A stretch of 64,000 bases of DNA from a bacterium (lineage in GTDB: Bacteria > UBA8248): the NCBI GenBank assembly GCA_965221165.1, contig CBDCRP010000002.1:1184001-1248000 (forward strand), in the 5' to 3' direction. The notes beneath the pieces are model-generated. The model was not told the DNA's origin, did not search any database, and saw only the letters and a program-made list of their open reading frames with translations. Each line of letters starts with the position of its first letter. The stretch's first letter is position 1. The position numbers were made by a program, and so were the translations under genes. Below are positions 40,862 to 50,451 of the stretch, one piece after another.

Positions 40862-42280
40862 CTAGCTCGCCAGGCGCTGCTTCATCGCCTCGAATTCGGC
40901 TTCGAAGAAGAATTCATCCTCCCCGAACGCCGGTTTGAGGCCAGTGAGCCAAGTGGCGTTTTCGTCATACTCAGCGAAGAAGACGCGGCCCATCCATTCG
41001 GGGTTTCTCGCCTGAAGGAACTGAAGCGCGATGATGCGTTCGCCGCGGACCTCCTCTATTCCTAAGACTTGCACCTTGCCGGGCGCTGCGCTCATTGTGG
41101 GCCCCCGCGCGGTTCGCGCAAGGCCAGGCACCTGGGAGATCGCTTTTCGGTAAATCGCATGAGCTTCCACCAGAGGCAGCTCGAAGTAGCGCTTGGCGCC
41201 CGTGTCTCTTTCCACGAACATGTAATAGGGTATCAGGCCCAGCCGCACCTGCTCTTTCCACATGCTCGCCCACATATCCGCATCGTCGTTGATATGCCTG
41301 AGAAGAGGCGCCTGCGTCCTGATGACGGCGCCCGTATCCCGCACTCTTCTGATCGCCTCGCGCGCCATTGGGGTCTCGACTTCACGCCTGTGATTGAAAT
41401 GCGACATGATGGCGATGTGCTTGCCGCCCTTCACCAGCTTTTCGAAAAGGCGAAGCGCATCGTCCGCATCGGCGTCCGAGGTGAAGCGATACGGCCAGAA
41501 AGTCAGAGCCTTCGTGCCGATGCGAATGTCTCGGATGTGAGCGAAGCGCGAATCGTCGAGCAGGGGCAGCATATAGCTCTCGAGCGCCTTGGTCTTCATG
41601 ATCATCGGATCCCCGCCGGTGAAGAGGACGTCCGTCACCTCTTTATGCTCGGCGAGATATCTGTGAAGGACGTCCACATCCGTGGAGATGAAGCGCAGTT
41701 CCTTATCCCCCACGAACTGCGCCCAGCGGAAGCAGAAGGTGCAGTAGGCGTGGCACGTCTGCCCCTGACCCGGGAAGAAAAGCACCGTTTCATGGTATTT
41801 GTGCTGCATACCATCCAGGTGTTCATCATCCAGGGTGGGCACGTTCAGCGCCTGCTGTCCGCCGGGGTGCGGATTCAGGCCGGCCCTGATCTCGTGAATG
41901 GCGGCGTTGAGCTGGTCCTTGGGCGCGTCTCGCCTCAGAAGGTCCGCGACACATTCAAAATCCTCTTTCGAGATCATTCCCTCCTGGGGAAAAGAGAGCT
42001 GGAACAAGGGATCCTCGGGCACATTGTCCCAATCGATGAGATTCTCCACCATGTAGCGGTTCGTGCGGAAGGGCAGCACATGCCCCACCACCTTCATGCT
42101 GAAGCGAATGTCCTCGGGCAGATTCTGCAACTCGGGAACCTTGTCTATTTGCTGGACCACAATCGGCTTGTAGCGGGGCGGCTCCAGGGAGATCAGGTTC
42201 TGGCCGTTCGGGCCGCCGTTTTGAGCTTTAGGTGTACCCGCCTCGCCATGAGCGGGATTCTCAGAAGAAGGTATGTTCAT
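40862..42280 (-). CDS. KamA-family radical SAM aminomutase-like protein
   Basis: CHAYCTFCFR (CX3CX2C), DVLFTGGDP, IRIGTK, HFNH..E, QAPLLRHIND, PYYMF. Confidence 0.88.
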   Translation of the reverse strand: MNIPSSENPAHGEAGTPKAQNGGPNGQNLISLEPPRYKPIVVQQIDKVPELQNLPEDIRFSMKVVGHVLPFRTNRYMVENLIDWDNVPEDPLFQLSFPQEGMISKEDFECVADLLRRDAPKDQLNAAIHEIRAGLNPHPGGQQALNVPTLDDEHLDGMQHKYHETVLFFPGQGQTCHAYCTFCFRWAQFVGDKELRFISTDVDVLHRYLAEHKEVTDVLFTGGDPMIMKTKALESYMLPLLDDSRFAHIRDIRIGTKALTFWPYRFTSDADADDALRLFEKLVKGGKHIAIMSHFNHRREVETPMAREAIRRVRDTGAVIRTQAPLLRHINDDADMWASMWKEQVRLGLIPYYMFVERDTGAKRYFELPLVEAHAIYRKAISQVPGLARTARGPTMSAAPGKVQVLGIEEVRGERIIALQFLQARNPEWMGRVFFAEYDENATWLTGLKPAFGEDEFFFEAEFEAMKQRLAS

Positions 42281-42392
42281 TTCCTGGCCTCCTGCGCTTG
42301 ACGTTCAAGTCGATTCGTTCCTCGTCGGTTCTCTTTTCTTCCTTATTTTAATTTAGTTCTAACCTTCACAATGCGCCATGCCTACATCTGCA

Positions 42393-42422
42393 TCATGCTA
42401 GCATGAATCGACCATATATCAA
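42393..42422 (-). promoter_or_regulatory. Candidate promoter with an overlapping 14-bp palindrome upstream of the KamA-like gene
   Basis: Minus strand TTGATA-16 nt-TAGCAT with a TG extension; TCATGCTAGCATGA (42393-42406) covers the -10. Confidence 0.45.
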
Positions 42423-42552
42423 GAAATAATTGACCACGACCGGCTTACATCGCGAAAAATACGCCGCCTGAAATCAAAATTCAAAAAAACCGCAAAAACC
42501 TGCCACCCGCGGAACATCCGACGAAAAAGCAAGTCTTTCGCCTTCTTATTAC

Positions 42553-43296
42553 TTAGTGGGGCATGTGGGCGGGGTTCCAGAACTCGCCCGTGCGAATTGT
42601 GTGGGCCTGCCGATCGCTGTCGGGGTGCCAGCTATCCTCGTTCTTGCGCGCCTGTTCTTCGAAATCATATTCGACCCGGTGAATCTCGCCTTCCCATTTC
42701 CCGTCTCCCTGGTATTCGAGAAGGACGTAGGCGGGGCGGTTGTCCCCGTCCCAACTCACGGCGGCGGAGGCTGCGCAAACGAGGGTCTGGCTCCCGACCT
42801 GGCGGATATAAGGGCCGTGCACCTGCCCGAAGGCCACGACTTCTGATTTCTCACCCGCGAGGCGTTCGATGATCTCATCGTCACTCAACCGAAGCGGGAG
42901 GGCGCCCTCGTCGTTCCCCGGCGCGCCGTGAAAGATGCGAAGGTCGTGGCCGGGTTCTGGCGTAATCGTCATTTCACGAGGCAGCCCCCGGAGCCAGTCG
43001 AGTTGATCATCCGTCAGATGCTCGCGCGTCAGGCGGGAACTCTCGTTTCGGGCGGGAAAGGCATTTTCCTGCTCATCGACGTGGTCGATGACCCAGCGGT
43101 CGAAATTCCCCAGTATGGGCAAGCAGTTTTTCCGCGAGCGCAGGCGATCGACCACCTCACCCGGCTCCGGCCCGCCCATGACGTGGTCTCCAGGCACGAT
43201 CTCCCAGTGCACGTCGTCGTGCTTGTCGATTTCCGCCAGAACGACGTCCAGAGGCGTGAGTTGGGCATGAATATCGGAATAAAGCGCCAGTTTCAT
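42553..43296 (-). CDS. Calcineurin-like metallophosphoesterase family protein
   Basis: SDIHA, GD, GNFD, FHG, GQVH, RVEYD. Confidence 0.8.
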   Translation of the reverse strand: MKLALYSDIHAQLTPLDVVLAEIDKHDDVHWEIVPGDHVMGGPEPGEVVDRLRSRKNCLPILGNFDRWVIDHVDEQENAFPARNESSRLTREHLTDDQLDWLRGLPREMTITPEPGHDLRIFHGAPGNDEGALPLRLSDDEIIERLAGEKSEVVAFGQVHGPYIRQVGSQTLVCAASAAVSWDGDNRPAYVLLEYQGDGKWEGEIHRVEYDFEEQARKNEDSWHPDSDRQAHTIRTGEFWNPAHMPH

Positions 43297-43352
43297 TCTA
43301 GTTCTCCATGATTAGATGATGTGCGAATATCAAATTTATGACGATGAGCGCG

Positions 43353-44687
43353 CTAGTCTAACAATCTCCTCCCCGATTCCGCCAACGCCTCCATCTTCTC
43401 CCTGAGGCGGGGATAGCGCAGATTGCCGTTTTTCTTCACGATTTTTCCGGCCACAAACACCGTGTCCACGTTTGCGAAAGACGCCTGGAAAACGACCGTC
43501 TCGAGCGGGTCGTTCACGGGATAAAGGTTCAAATCACTCTTTCTGATCAGAATGACGTCCGCCTGCTTGCCGGGTTTGAGCGTTCCCGCCTTGTATCCGA
43601 GCCCCAGGGCGTTGGCGCCGTCTATCGTCGCCCATTCCAGCGCGCGCCTCGCCGGAACCACGATTTGCGTCGGCGAGGTTTTTCCGTCGAGTATCTTCTG
43701 GTTCTCCTGCGCGCGGGCGAACTGGAGCCCCACCCGCATCATGGTGAACATGTCGCCGCTGATGTTCGATTCCACGTCGATGCCCAGCGTCGGCCTGCCG
43801 CCCAGCGCCAGAACCCGCCCGATGACGGGCTCGCCGTGGCCCATCTGCATCTCCACTTCGGGACACGAGGTTACCGAACAGCCCGAATCGACGAGGATTC
43901 TCAATTCCTCCTCGCTCAACTGGTTCGCGTGCACGGCGTTGAAATCGGGCCCCAGAAGCCCCTTGCGCGCCAATTTCCTGACGCCGTCGGGCGTCACCCG
44001 GTAGAACCCGCCGCCGATGTGCGCGCTCCACAGCAAATCGTATTCGCGGGCCAAGCAAATATCGTGCACGCACATCTCGAGCGTAGAAAGATCGGGCCCT
44101 CTCGTGGCCAGCGCCAGTTTGATGAGACCGCCGTCCGAAGCCAGCCGCCCCGCCCGCAAGCGTTTTATCTCATCCGGGGGATGCGGCCTGTGGCTGAGCG
44201 GCAACTCGCCCTCGGCAATTTTGGGCTTGGGCGTTCCATGGCCGAAAACCGCGCAGATGCCCGCCTCCTCCAGCCCGTCGAGACCCGCGTCGGTGTACTC
44301 GGGCGTGGGATTGTTGTGACACCAATCAAAAAGCGTCGTGACGCCGCCATTGAGCTGGTTCAGCGCGCCCACCAGATTCGCGAGATAAACGTCTTCCGGC
44401 TGAAATCTGGGGCCGAAGCCCTCGTGCATCTGCCGAATGTACTCCGCCAGCGACCAGTCGCCCGCGACCCCGCGTATGCCCGTCTGCCAGGTGTGTTGAT
44501 GTGCGTTCACAAAACCCGGCATGACGATGAAATCGCTCGCGTCTATGCTCTCGGCCTCGGGCGCATGGACGTTTCGGCCGACTTCTCTTATCTCATCATC
44601 CTCGATGAGCAGGTCGCCGCCTTCAATATCGCCGAGTTCGGGGTCGAGCGTGAGGATGCTCCCCCCGCGCAAGAGCGTTCCTCCCAT
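43353..44687 (-). CDS. Metal-dependent amidohydrolase (SsnA/MtaD deaminase-like)
   Basis: PGFVNAHQH, AH, VHAN, PEVE, LGID, GTLKPGKQAD. Confidence 0.88.
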   Translation of the reverse strand: MGGTLLRGGSILTLDPELGDIEGGDLLIEDDEIREVGRNVHAPEAESIDASDFIVMPGFVNAHQHTWQTGIRGVAGDWSLAEYIRQMHEGFGPRFQPEDVYLANLVGALNQLNGGVTTLFDWCHNNPTPEYTDAGLDGLEEAGICAVFGHGTPKPKIAEGELPLSHRPHPPDEIKRLRAGRLASDGGLIKLALATRGPDLSTLEMCVHDICLAREYDLLWSAHIGGGFYRVTPDGVRKLARKGLLGPDFNAVHANQLSEEELRILVDSGCSVTSCPEVEMQMGHGEPVIGRVLALGGRPTLGIDVESNISGDMFTMMRVGLQFARAQENQKILDGKTSPTQIVVPARRALEWATIDGANALGLGYKAGTLKPGKQADVILIRKSDLNLYPVNDPLETVVFQASFANVDTVFVAGKIVKKNGNLRYPRLREKMEALAESGRRLLD

Positions 44688-45796
44688 TACAGAGACCCTC
44701 CCTCTGGCGGGGCGAACTCCCTGAGCGCCTCATCGTTCCATTCCAGTCCGAGTCCGGGTTTGTTGGAGAGAATCAGGTTTCCGTCCTTAAACTCCATCGG
44801 CTCCTTGATGATGCATTCCCACCAGGGCATGTGCTCGCACCAGACGCCGTGTTCCTCTGCGCTCAAAAGATGCGCCGAAACCTCGTGGAACAGATGCGGA
44901 GTCACCGGCTTTCCAAAATCCTTCGCCAACGCCGCCGCGCGACGCCAGCCCGTGACGCCTGAGCAACGCTCCAGATCGGGCATCAGGATATCGGCCGCGC
45001 CCGCCGCGAGCAGGTGACGCATCCCCCGGGGGTTGTAGTTCGTCTCCCCGGTGCAAATGGGAATGTTGCTGGCCTTGGCGACCTCCGCGCATCCCCTGAT
45101 GTCTTCGTGATCGACCGGCTCCTCCACCCAGTAGAGGTCAAAGGGTTCGAACGCTTTGCAGGCCTTTATGGCGGTTTCCACGTCCCATGCCTGGTTGGCA
45201 TCCACCATGAGCGCGACATAGCTGCCTATCGCCTCGCGCACCGCGCGAACCCGCTCGACGTCCTCATCCACGCTCCCACCCACACGGAGCTTCATGGCCT
45301 TGAAACCGCGCGCCTTGAGTGCGGCGGCTTCTTCTATGAGTTCGTCTATCGTCAGATTGAGCCAAAGACCTTCGCTCGCGTAGCAGGGAATCTCCCGCCT
45401 TTCACCGCCGAGGAACTTCCAGAGCGGCTGGCCCGCCGCCTGGGCGGCCAGGTCCCAGCACGCGGTATCCAGCGCGGACATCGCCAGGGCGCTGATGCCG
45501 TCGCGCCCGACGAAGCTCACCGCCTTGCGCATCGTCTCCCAGTTCGCCTCGGCCTCGGCCGGGTCCTTGCCCAGAAGATTGGCGAACAGATCACGCACCA
45601 TCGCTATCATCGCGCGGGTGCGCTCGGGACCGAAGGCGAAGCACCAGCCGTGGCCCTTCAAACCCTCTTTCGTGCGAAGGGTGACGCAGCAGGTATCCAC
45701 CGCCCGCACTTCGAAAGTGGCCACCTTGAGCGACCGGACAAGCGGCACGCACACGTGCGCAGGCGTCATGCTGATGATGGTTTGAGAAGACGGCAA
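44687..45796 (-). CDS. Mandelate racemase / muconate lactonizing enzyme family
   Basis: KAMKLRVG, LMVDANQ, WVEEP, TGE, PH...EH; TTG start after GAAGGAGG. Confidence 0.88.
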   Translation of the reverse strand: MPSSQTIISMTPAHVCVPLVRSLKVATFEVRAVDTCCVTLRTKEGLKGHGWCFAFGPERTRAMIAMVRDLFANLLGKDPAEAEANWETMRKAVSFVGRDGISALAMSALDTACWDLAAQAAGQPLWKFLGGERREIPCYASEGLWLNLTIDELIEEAAALKARGFKAMKLRVGGSVDEDVERVRAVREAIGSYVALMVDANQAWDVETAIKACKAFEPFDLYWVEEPVDHEDIRGCAEVAKASNIPICTGETNYNPRGMRHLLAAGAADILMPDLERCSGVTGWRRAAALAKDFGKPVTPHLFHEVSAHLLSAEEHGVWCEHMPWWECIIKEPMEFKDGNLILSNKPGLGLEWNDEALREFAPPEGGSL

Positions 45797-45938
45797 AACA
45801 GACCTCCTTCTGGACAAGTGAGAGACGTGGCGCAATTGTTCATATATTCAGGCGACAGGTTACCCTGTTCGGCTCCGAATGGCTATAATTTCACGGACGA
45901 TATTTCCAGAACAACAACACCGGGGAGCAAAACCTTCG

Positions 45939-47018
45939 ATGGCCACCGTCAGACTCCAGAAAATCATCTCCCAAGCGGGACTCGCCTCGCGCCGGGAGGC
46001 GGAGCGTTTGATCGCGGAGGGCCGCGTCCAGGTGAACGGAGAGCCCGTGCTCACCCTCGGCGCCAAGGCGGACCCGCTCACGGACTCCGTCAAGGTGGAC
46101 GGAAAGCTCATCACGCGAAAGGAGCCTCCCGTCTATCTGGTGCTGAACAAGCCCAAGCACGTGCTCACCACCATACGGGACGAGGAGGGCAAGGACAGGC
46201 CCACGGTGGCGGATTTGCTGCCCCGTGGACTTAGGCGCGTATTCCCCGTCGGCAGGCTTGATTTCGACGTCGAGGGGGTATTGCTCCTCACCAACGATGG
46301 CGAGATAGCGCACCGCCTCGCCCATCCGAGTTACGAGATACCCCGCGTCTATGAGGCGAAGGTAAAAGGGATGCCCTCCGAGACCGCCCTCACCCGGATG
46401 TCGGATGGTTCATGGATGCGCGGACGGGGCCAAAAACCCCAGACGGCCCATGTGCGGATCATCCGCGGGAAGACGGAGAAAAACGCATGGCTCAGAATCG
46501 AACTCCGCGAGGGCAGACAGCACCAGGTCAAGAAAATGTGCGAGGCCGTGGGGCATCCCGTCATCAAGCTGCTCAGGCGCGCATACGCAGGCATTACGGT
46601 GAAGGGCCTCCCAGGCGCCCACGTGAGAACGCTCACCCACGACGAAGTCGAGAAACTCAAACAGATGACGAAAATCCAGGCCTCCCCGGTGAAGCGTCCG
46701 CCGTCCAAAGCAGGCTGGGCCAAGGCCAGGACGAACCCGAAACGCAGGGCGCGTAAACAATCCACGAATCAAAAAACGAAAGAGCCCGGAAAACCGAAAT
46801 CTCTCAAGAAATTACTCCTCTTTCTGCTCGGGCTCTCCTACGCGCTCGCTCCCCAGGCGGTAAGCGCACATCAGAAAAAAGATGCGCGGATAATGATCAT
46901 TGCGCATCGGGTCGAGGCTCTCGTGGGTGGTGAGAAGCCGAAAAAAACCGCGTATTCAGGAAACGCGCGTCTGATGAACAAACCGGATAAGGAAAGCATG
47001 GGGCTTCCTGTGTTATGA
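45939..47018 (+). CDS. rluB: 23S rRNA pseudouridine synthase (RluB-like) with C-terminal extension
   Basis: S4 domain RLQKIISQAGLASRREAE, LNKP, PVGRLDFD, EGRQHQVKKM. Confidence 0.88.
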   Translation: MATVRLQKIISQAGLASRREAERLIAEGRVQVNGEPVLTLGAKADPLTDSVKVDGKLITRKEPPVYLVLNKPKHVLTTIRDEEGKDRPTVADLLPRGLRRVFPVGRLDFDVEGVLLLTNDGEIAHRLAHPSYEIPRVYEAKVKGMPSETALTRMSDGSWMRGRGQKPQTAHVRIIRGKTEKNAWLRIELREGRQHQVKKMCEAVGHPVIKLLRRAYAGITVKGLPGAHVRTLTHDEVEKLKQMTKIQASPVKRPPSKAGWAKARTNPKRRARKQSTNQKTKEPGKPKSLKKLLLFLLGLSYALAPQAVSAHQKKDARIMIIAHRVEALVGGEKPKKTAYSGNARLMNKPDKESMGLPVL

Positions 47019-47060
47019 TGAGTAAACATACACGAGGACAGTAAAAAGGCCGCTTCGACG

Positions 47061-47666
47061 ATGAGCGCACCTGCTCCAAACAGATTAACGCTGGCGACCA
47101 AGATCACGCTGGTCCGGGTTTTCCTGATCCCCGTTTTCGTGATGTGCCTCGCCTACAAGAAACCGGGAATCGCCCTGGCCGTCTTCATCATCGCGGGCGT
47201 GGCGGACGGCGTGGACGGCTATATCGCGAGGTCGCGAGGCGAGATGACGTCACTGGGCGCCATGCTCGACCCCATCGCGGACAAGCTGCTCATGTTCACC
47301 GCATACATCATGATGGGGGTTTCAGGACAAATTCCGATCTGGCTGGCCGTCGTCGTCGTGAGCCGGGATTTGCTGCTTTGCATCGGCTGCATGGCGTTGT
47401 TCATGACGGTGGGCTTTCAGACGCCATCGCCCTCGTTTTTGGGAAAAGCCACGACGACCGCCCAGATGGTCACCGCGGGGGCCGCGCTTTTGGCGGCGGC
47501 GCTGGGAGCGGAGCAGAACATCGTGCTGTTGTCTACGTTCCTGATCACCTGTGTCCTGACGCTCGCCTCAGGGGTTCATTATCTTTTTTTCGTAGGCACT
47601 CGGATGATTTACCAGAAACCAGAGGGCGGCCAGGTGGGGAAATCCACCTCTGCAGCCCGGGACTGA
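47061..47666 (+). CDS. CDP-alcohol phosphatidyltransferase (PgsA-like)
   Basis: DGVDGYIAR...LGAMLDPIADK motif. Confidence 0.9.
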   Translation: MSAPAPNRLTLATKITLVRVFLIPVFVMCLAYKKPGIALAVFIIAGVADGVDGYIARSRGEMTSLGAMLDPIADKLLMFTAYIMMGVSGQIPIWLAVVVVSRDLLLCIGCMALFMTVGFQTPSPSFLGKATTTAQMVTAGAALLAAALGAEQNIVLLSTFLITCVLTLASGVHYLFFVGTRMIYQKPEGGQVGKSTSAARD

Positions 47667-47682
47667 GGCCAGGTCACCCAAC

Positions 47683-48741
47683 ATGGACAATCCATCCCAA
47701 ATCCTCACGTGGAAGAGAATCTGGCTCATCCTCATATTCATCGCCGCCGTCTGGCTTTTGGTGAGCGCGCGGGCGGCCCTAATTCCTTTGGCGGCTTCCT
47801 TCATCCTCGCCTATTTGCTCCAGCCCCTGGTCGACAGGCTGGAAACCTGGAAAATACCACGCCCCCTCGCCGTCTTGATCCCATTGCTGGGCTTGGGCCT
47901 GATTCTATTCGTTTTGTGGGTGAGCATATCGCCCTTGGTGCAAGAGCAGATAACGGCATTCGCCCAAAAACTACCCGGTTACATCACCGACGCCCAAGCA
48001 TGGCTCATCGCCACGCTCGATAGATTCGACCTTCCCCAGACCGCCGAACTGAAGAAGTACTTCACCGAAAACCTTTCTCTCCTGGGGCAGTTGCCCGTGT
48101 CGGCGCTCAAGACGGGCGGATCGTTTCTCCTGAAAACGACCAGCGGCCTCTTCTCCATCGCCATCGGCATGATCTACCTCATCCTCATTCCAGTCATGAC
48201 CTTCTACATATTAAGAGACTGGAAACAGATATTGGCGGCGTTTTTCGCCTACGTTCACCACGATTACCGCAAAGAGGTGGAGAAGAGGGTTTTCCGGCTC
48301 GACGAGCTCCTCGGTTCATTCATCAAGGGCCAGTTGCTTATCGCCTTCATCCTCTCCGCCTTGTACGTCCTGGGCTTTTTCATCGTGGACATGCCGCTGT
48401 GGCTGGTGCTGGGCATCTTCACGGGGATATCCTGCATGTTCCCCTACGTGGAATGGATTATCGCCCTGCCTATCGCCTTGCTGCTCTCAGCACTCGCGCA
48501 TCAGGACTGGCTCCACCCGTTGGCGACTCTGGCCGTGTTCGGGGTCATCTCGCCCGCCGCGGGCGTTTTCCTCGTGCCCCGCATACTGGGTAACCGCATC
48601 GGGCTTCACCCCGTGGTGGTGCTCTCATCCATCATGATAGGGGGTGAGTTGATGGGCTTCGCGGGAATTTTGCTGGCCGTGCCGCTCGCGGCGGCCATCA
48701 AGGTGGGACTCGAGGCCATCAGCGACTACTACCTGACATAA
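47683..48741 (+). CDS. AI-2E family transporter
   Basis: LAYLLQPLVD, FIKGQ, PRILGNRIGLHPV, GILLAVP. Confidence 0.9.
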   Translation: MDNPSQILTWKRIWLILIFIAAVWLLVSARAALIPLAASFILAYLLQPLVDRLETWKIPRPLAVLIPLLGLGLILFVLWVSISPLVQEQITAFAQKLPGYITDAQAWLIATLDRFDLPQTAELKKYFTENLSLLGQLPVSALKTGGSFLLKTTSGLFSIAIGMIYLILIPVMTFYILRDWKQILAAFFAYVHHDYRKEVEKRVFRLDELLGSFIKGQLLIAFILSALYVLGFFIVDMPLWLVLGIFTGISCMFPYVEWIIALPIALLLSALAHQDWLHPLATLAVFGVISPAAGVFLVPRILGNRIGLHPVVVLSSIMIGGELMGFAGILLAVPLAAAIKVGLEAISDYYLT

Positions 48742-48786
48742 GTTCTTTTAGACACTCCTGGCGGGACGGCGAGACCGCGCCGCCAA

Positions 48787-49311
48787 TCAGGCGGGTATTT
48801 CCACGCCCCGGTCCACCGCGCGCGCCATCAGGAAGAGAAGATCGGAGACGCGGTTGAGGTAAATGAGGAGTTCGGGATTGTCGATGTAGCCCTCATCGCG
48901 CAGCTTCACCGACCATCTCTCCCCCCGGCGGACGATGGTGAGCGCCATGTCCAGGGCGGCGCCGCAGGGAGAATCTCCCGAGATCACCCAGTCGGTGATT
49001 TGAATCTCTTTTTCATAGCGCGCCACCTGCGCATCGGCCCACGCGACCTGCTCTGCGCCCACGCGCTCGCTGAGCCTTCCGGTCTTGCCCCGCAGCGTCG
49101 CCAGGTCGCTGCTCACGAGGTAGAGGTCTTTCTGGATCTTGAAAATCTCAGGCTTCAGCCACTTAGGCGCCATCGAGCGAGCGAGGCCGAGAGCTGCTTT
49201 CGCCTCATCGAGAGCCCCGTAGGCATGCACCTGGGGATGATACTTGGGAACCCTGTCCGCAAACCACAAATCGGTGTTCCCATCGTCTCCTCTTCTCGTG
49301 ACGATGGACAT
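48787..49311 (-). CDS. Cob(I)alamin adenosyltransferase, PduO type
   Basis: TRRGDDGNT, AYGALDE, VRRGER, YLNRVSDLLF. Confidence 0.9.
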   Translation of the reverse strand: MSIVTRRGDDGNTDLWFADRVPKYHPQVHAYGALDEAKAALGLARSMAPKWLKPEIFKIQKDLYLVSSDLATLRGKTGRLSERVGAEQVAWADAQVARYEKEIQITDWVISGDSPCGAALDMALTIVRRGERWSVKLRDEGYIDNPELLIYLNRVSDLLFLMARAVDRGVEIPA

Positions 49312-49328
49312 CGCATCACTCCTTTCGG

Positions 49329-50390
49329 CTAGAGTCTCTTGATGACGTCGGCGGCGGCGGAGCGCGTCGTCCCGCTGCCGCCCAAGTCCGCAGTTCGGTT
49401 CCCGTGGGCCAGATGCGCGCGAACCGCGCCGTCGAGCCGTTTGGCCGCACTCTCCTCGCCCAGATAATCGAGCATCAAGGAGGCGGAGAACAGCGCAGCC
49501 ACAGGGTTGGCGATTCCTTTGCCCATGATATCGGGTGCCGAGCCGTGCACGGGCTCGAACAAACCGGGCGCATCGCCCCTTGGGTTCGTGTTCGCGCTCG
49601 CGGCGACCCCCAGTCCGCCGACGATGGCGGCGCCCAAATCCGTCAAGATGTCGCCGAACAGGTTCGTGGACACCACGACGTCGAAAACCTCGGGCCGTCT
49701 CACGAACTCGAGAGCGGCGGCGTCTACGAGATACTTCACCGTCTTAACTTTCTTATAGCGGGGCCTTGCGGCGATTTCTTCGAAAATCTCATCCCACATA
49801 ACCAGCGTGTGGCCCTGCGCGTTTGATTTCGTGATGTTCGTCACGTGTTTTTTTCGCTTGAGCGCCGCCTCGAACGCCGCTTCGATAATGCGCTCACAAC
49901 CAGCCCGCGTGAAAAGCGTTATCTGCGCGGCCAGTTCCGATGGGTGTCCCGCGTAATGTCTGCCGCCGATGGGGCTGTACTCTCCCTCGGTGTTCTCGCG
50001 AAAGAAGAGCATGTCGATGTCGCCCGGCTCATAACCGCGCAACGGCGATTCCAGCCCCTCGTATAAAACGATGGGGCGCATGTTGACGTACAAATCGAAC
50101 CCCCTGCGCAGCGGCAACAGGAGCTGGTTGAGCGTGATGTGGTCGGGAATGTCGGGCCTACCTACGGCGCCCAAGAGAATCGCATCGTGTTTTTTGACGC
50201 GGTTCAGGAAATTCTCCGGGCACATCCTGCCCGTCTCGTGATAAAAATCGCTCCCCCAAGGGTATCTCGTAAAAGAAAATTCCAGGCCGGGCTCGGTTTT
50301 CGACAGCGCCCTTAAGACGCGCACCGCCTGGGTGACGACCTCGGGCCCGATTCCGTCCGCGGGGATTAAGCCAATGCTGTGCTTCGCCAT
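49329..50390 (-). CDS. Tartrate/isopropylmalate-type beta-decarboxylating dehydrogenase
   Basis: DGIGPEV, RENTEGEYS, TKSNA, NLFGDILTDL, FEPVHGSAPDI. Confidence 0.88.
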   Translation of the reverse strand: MAKHSIGLIPADGIGPEVVTQAVRVLRALSKTEPGLEFSFTRYPWGSDFYHETGRMCPENFLNRVKKHDAILLGAVGRPDIPDHITLNQLLLPLRRGFDLYVNMRPIVLYEGLESPLRGYEPGDIDMLFFRENTEGEYSPIGGRHYAGHPSELAAQITLFTRAGCERIIEAAFEAALKRKKHVTNITKSNAQGHTLVMWDEIFEEIAARPRYKKVKTVKYLVDAAALEFVRRPEVFDVVVSTNLFGDILTDLGAAIVGGLGVAASANTNPRGDAPGLFEPVHGSAPDIMGKGIANPVAALFSASLMLDYLGEESAAKRLDGAVRAHLAHGNRTADLGGSGTTRSAAADVIKRL

Positions 50391-50451
50391 CGCTTCTCCT
50401 TCATGCTCCCGTGTGCGGCAGGTACGTCGCTCGCATCCACACCGCGAAGAA

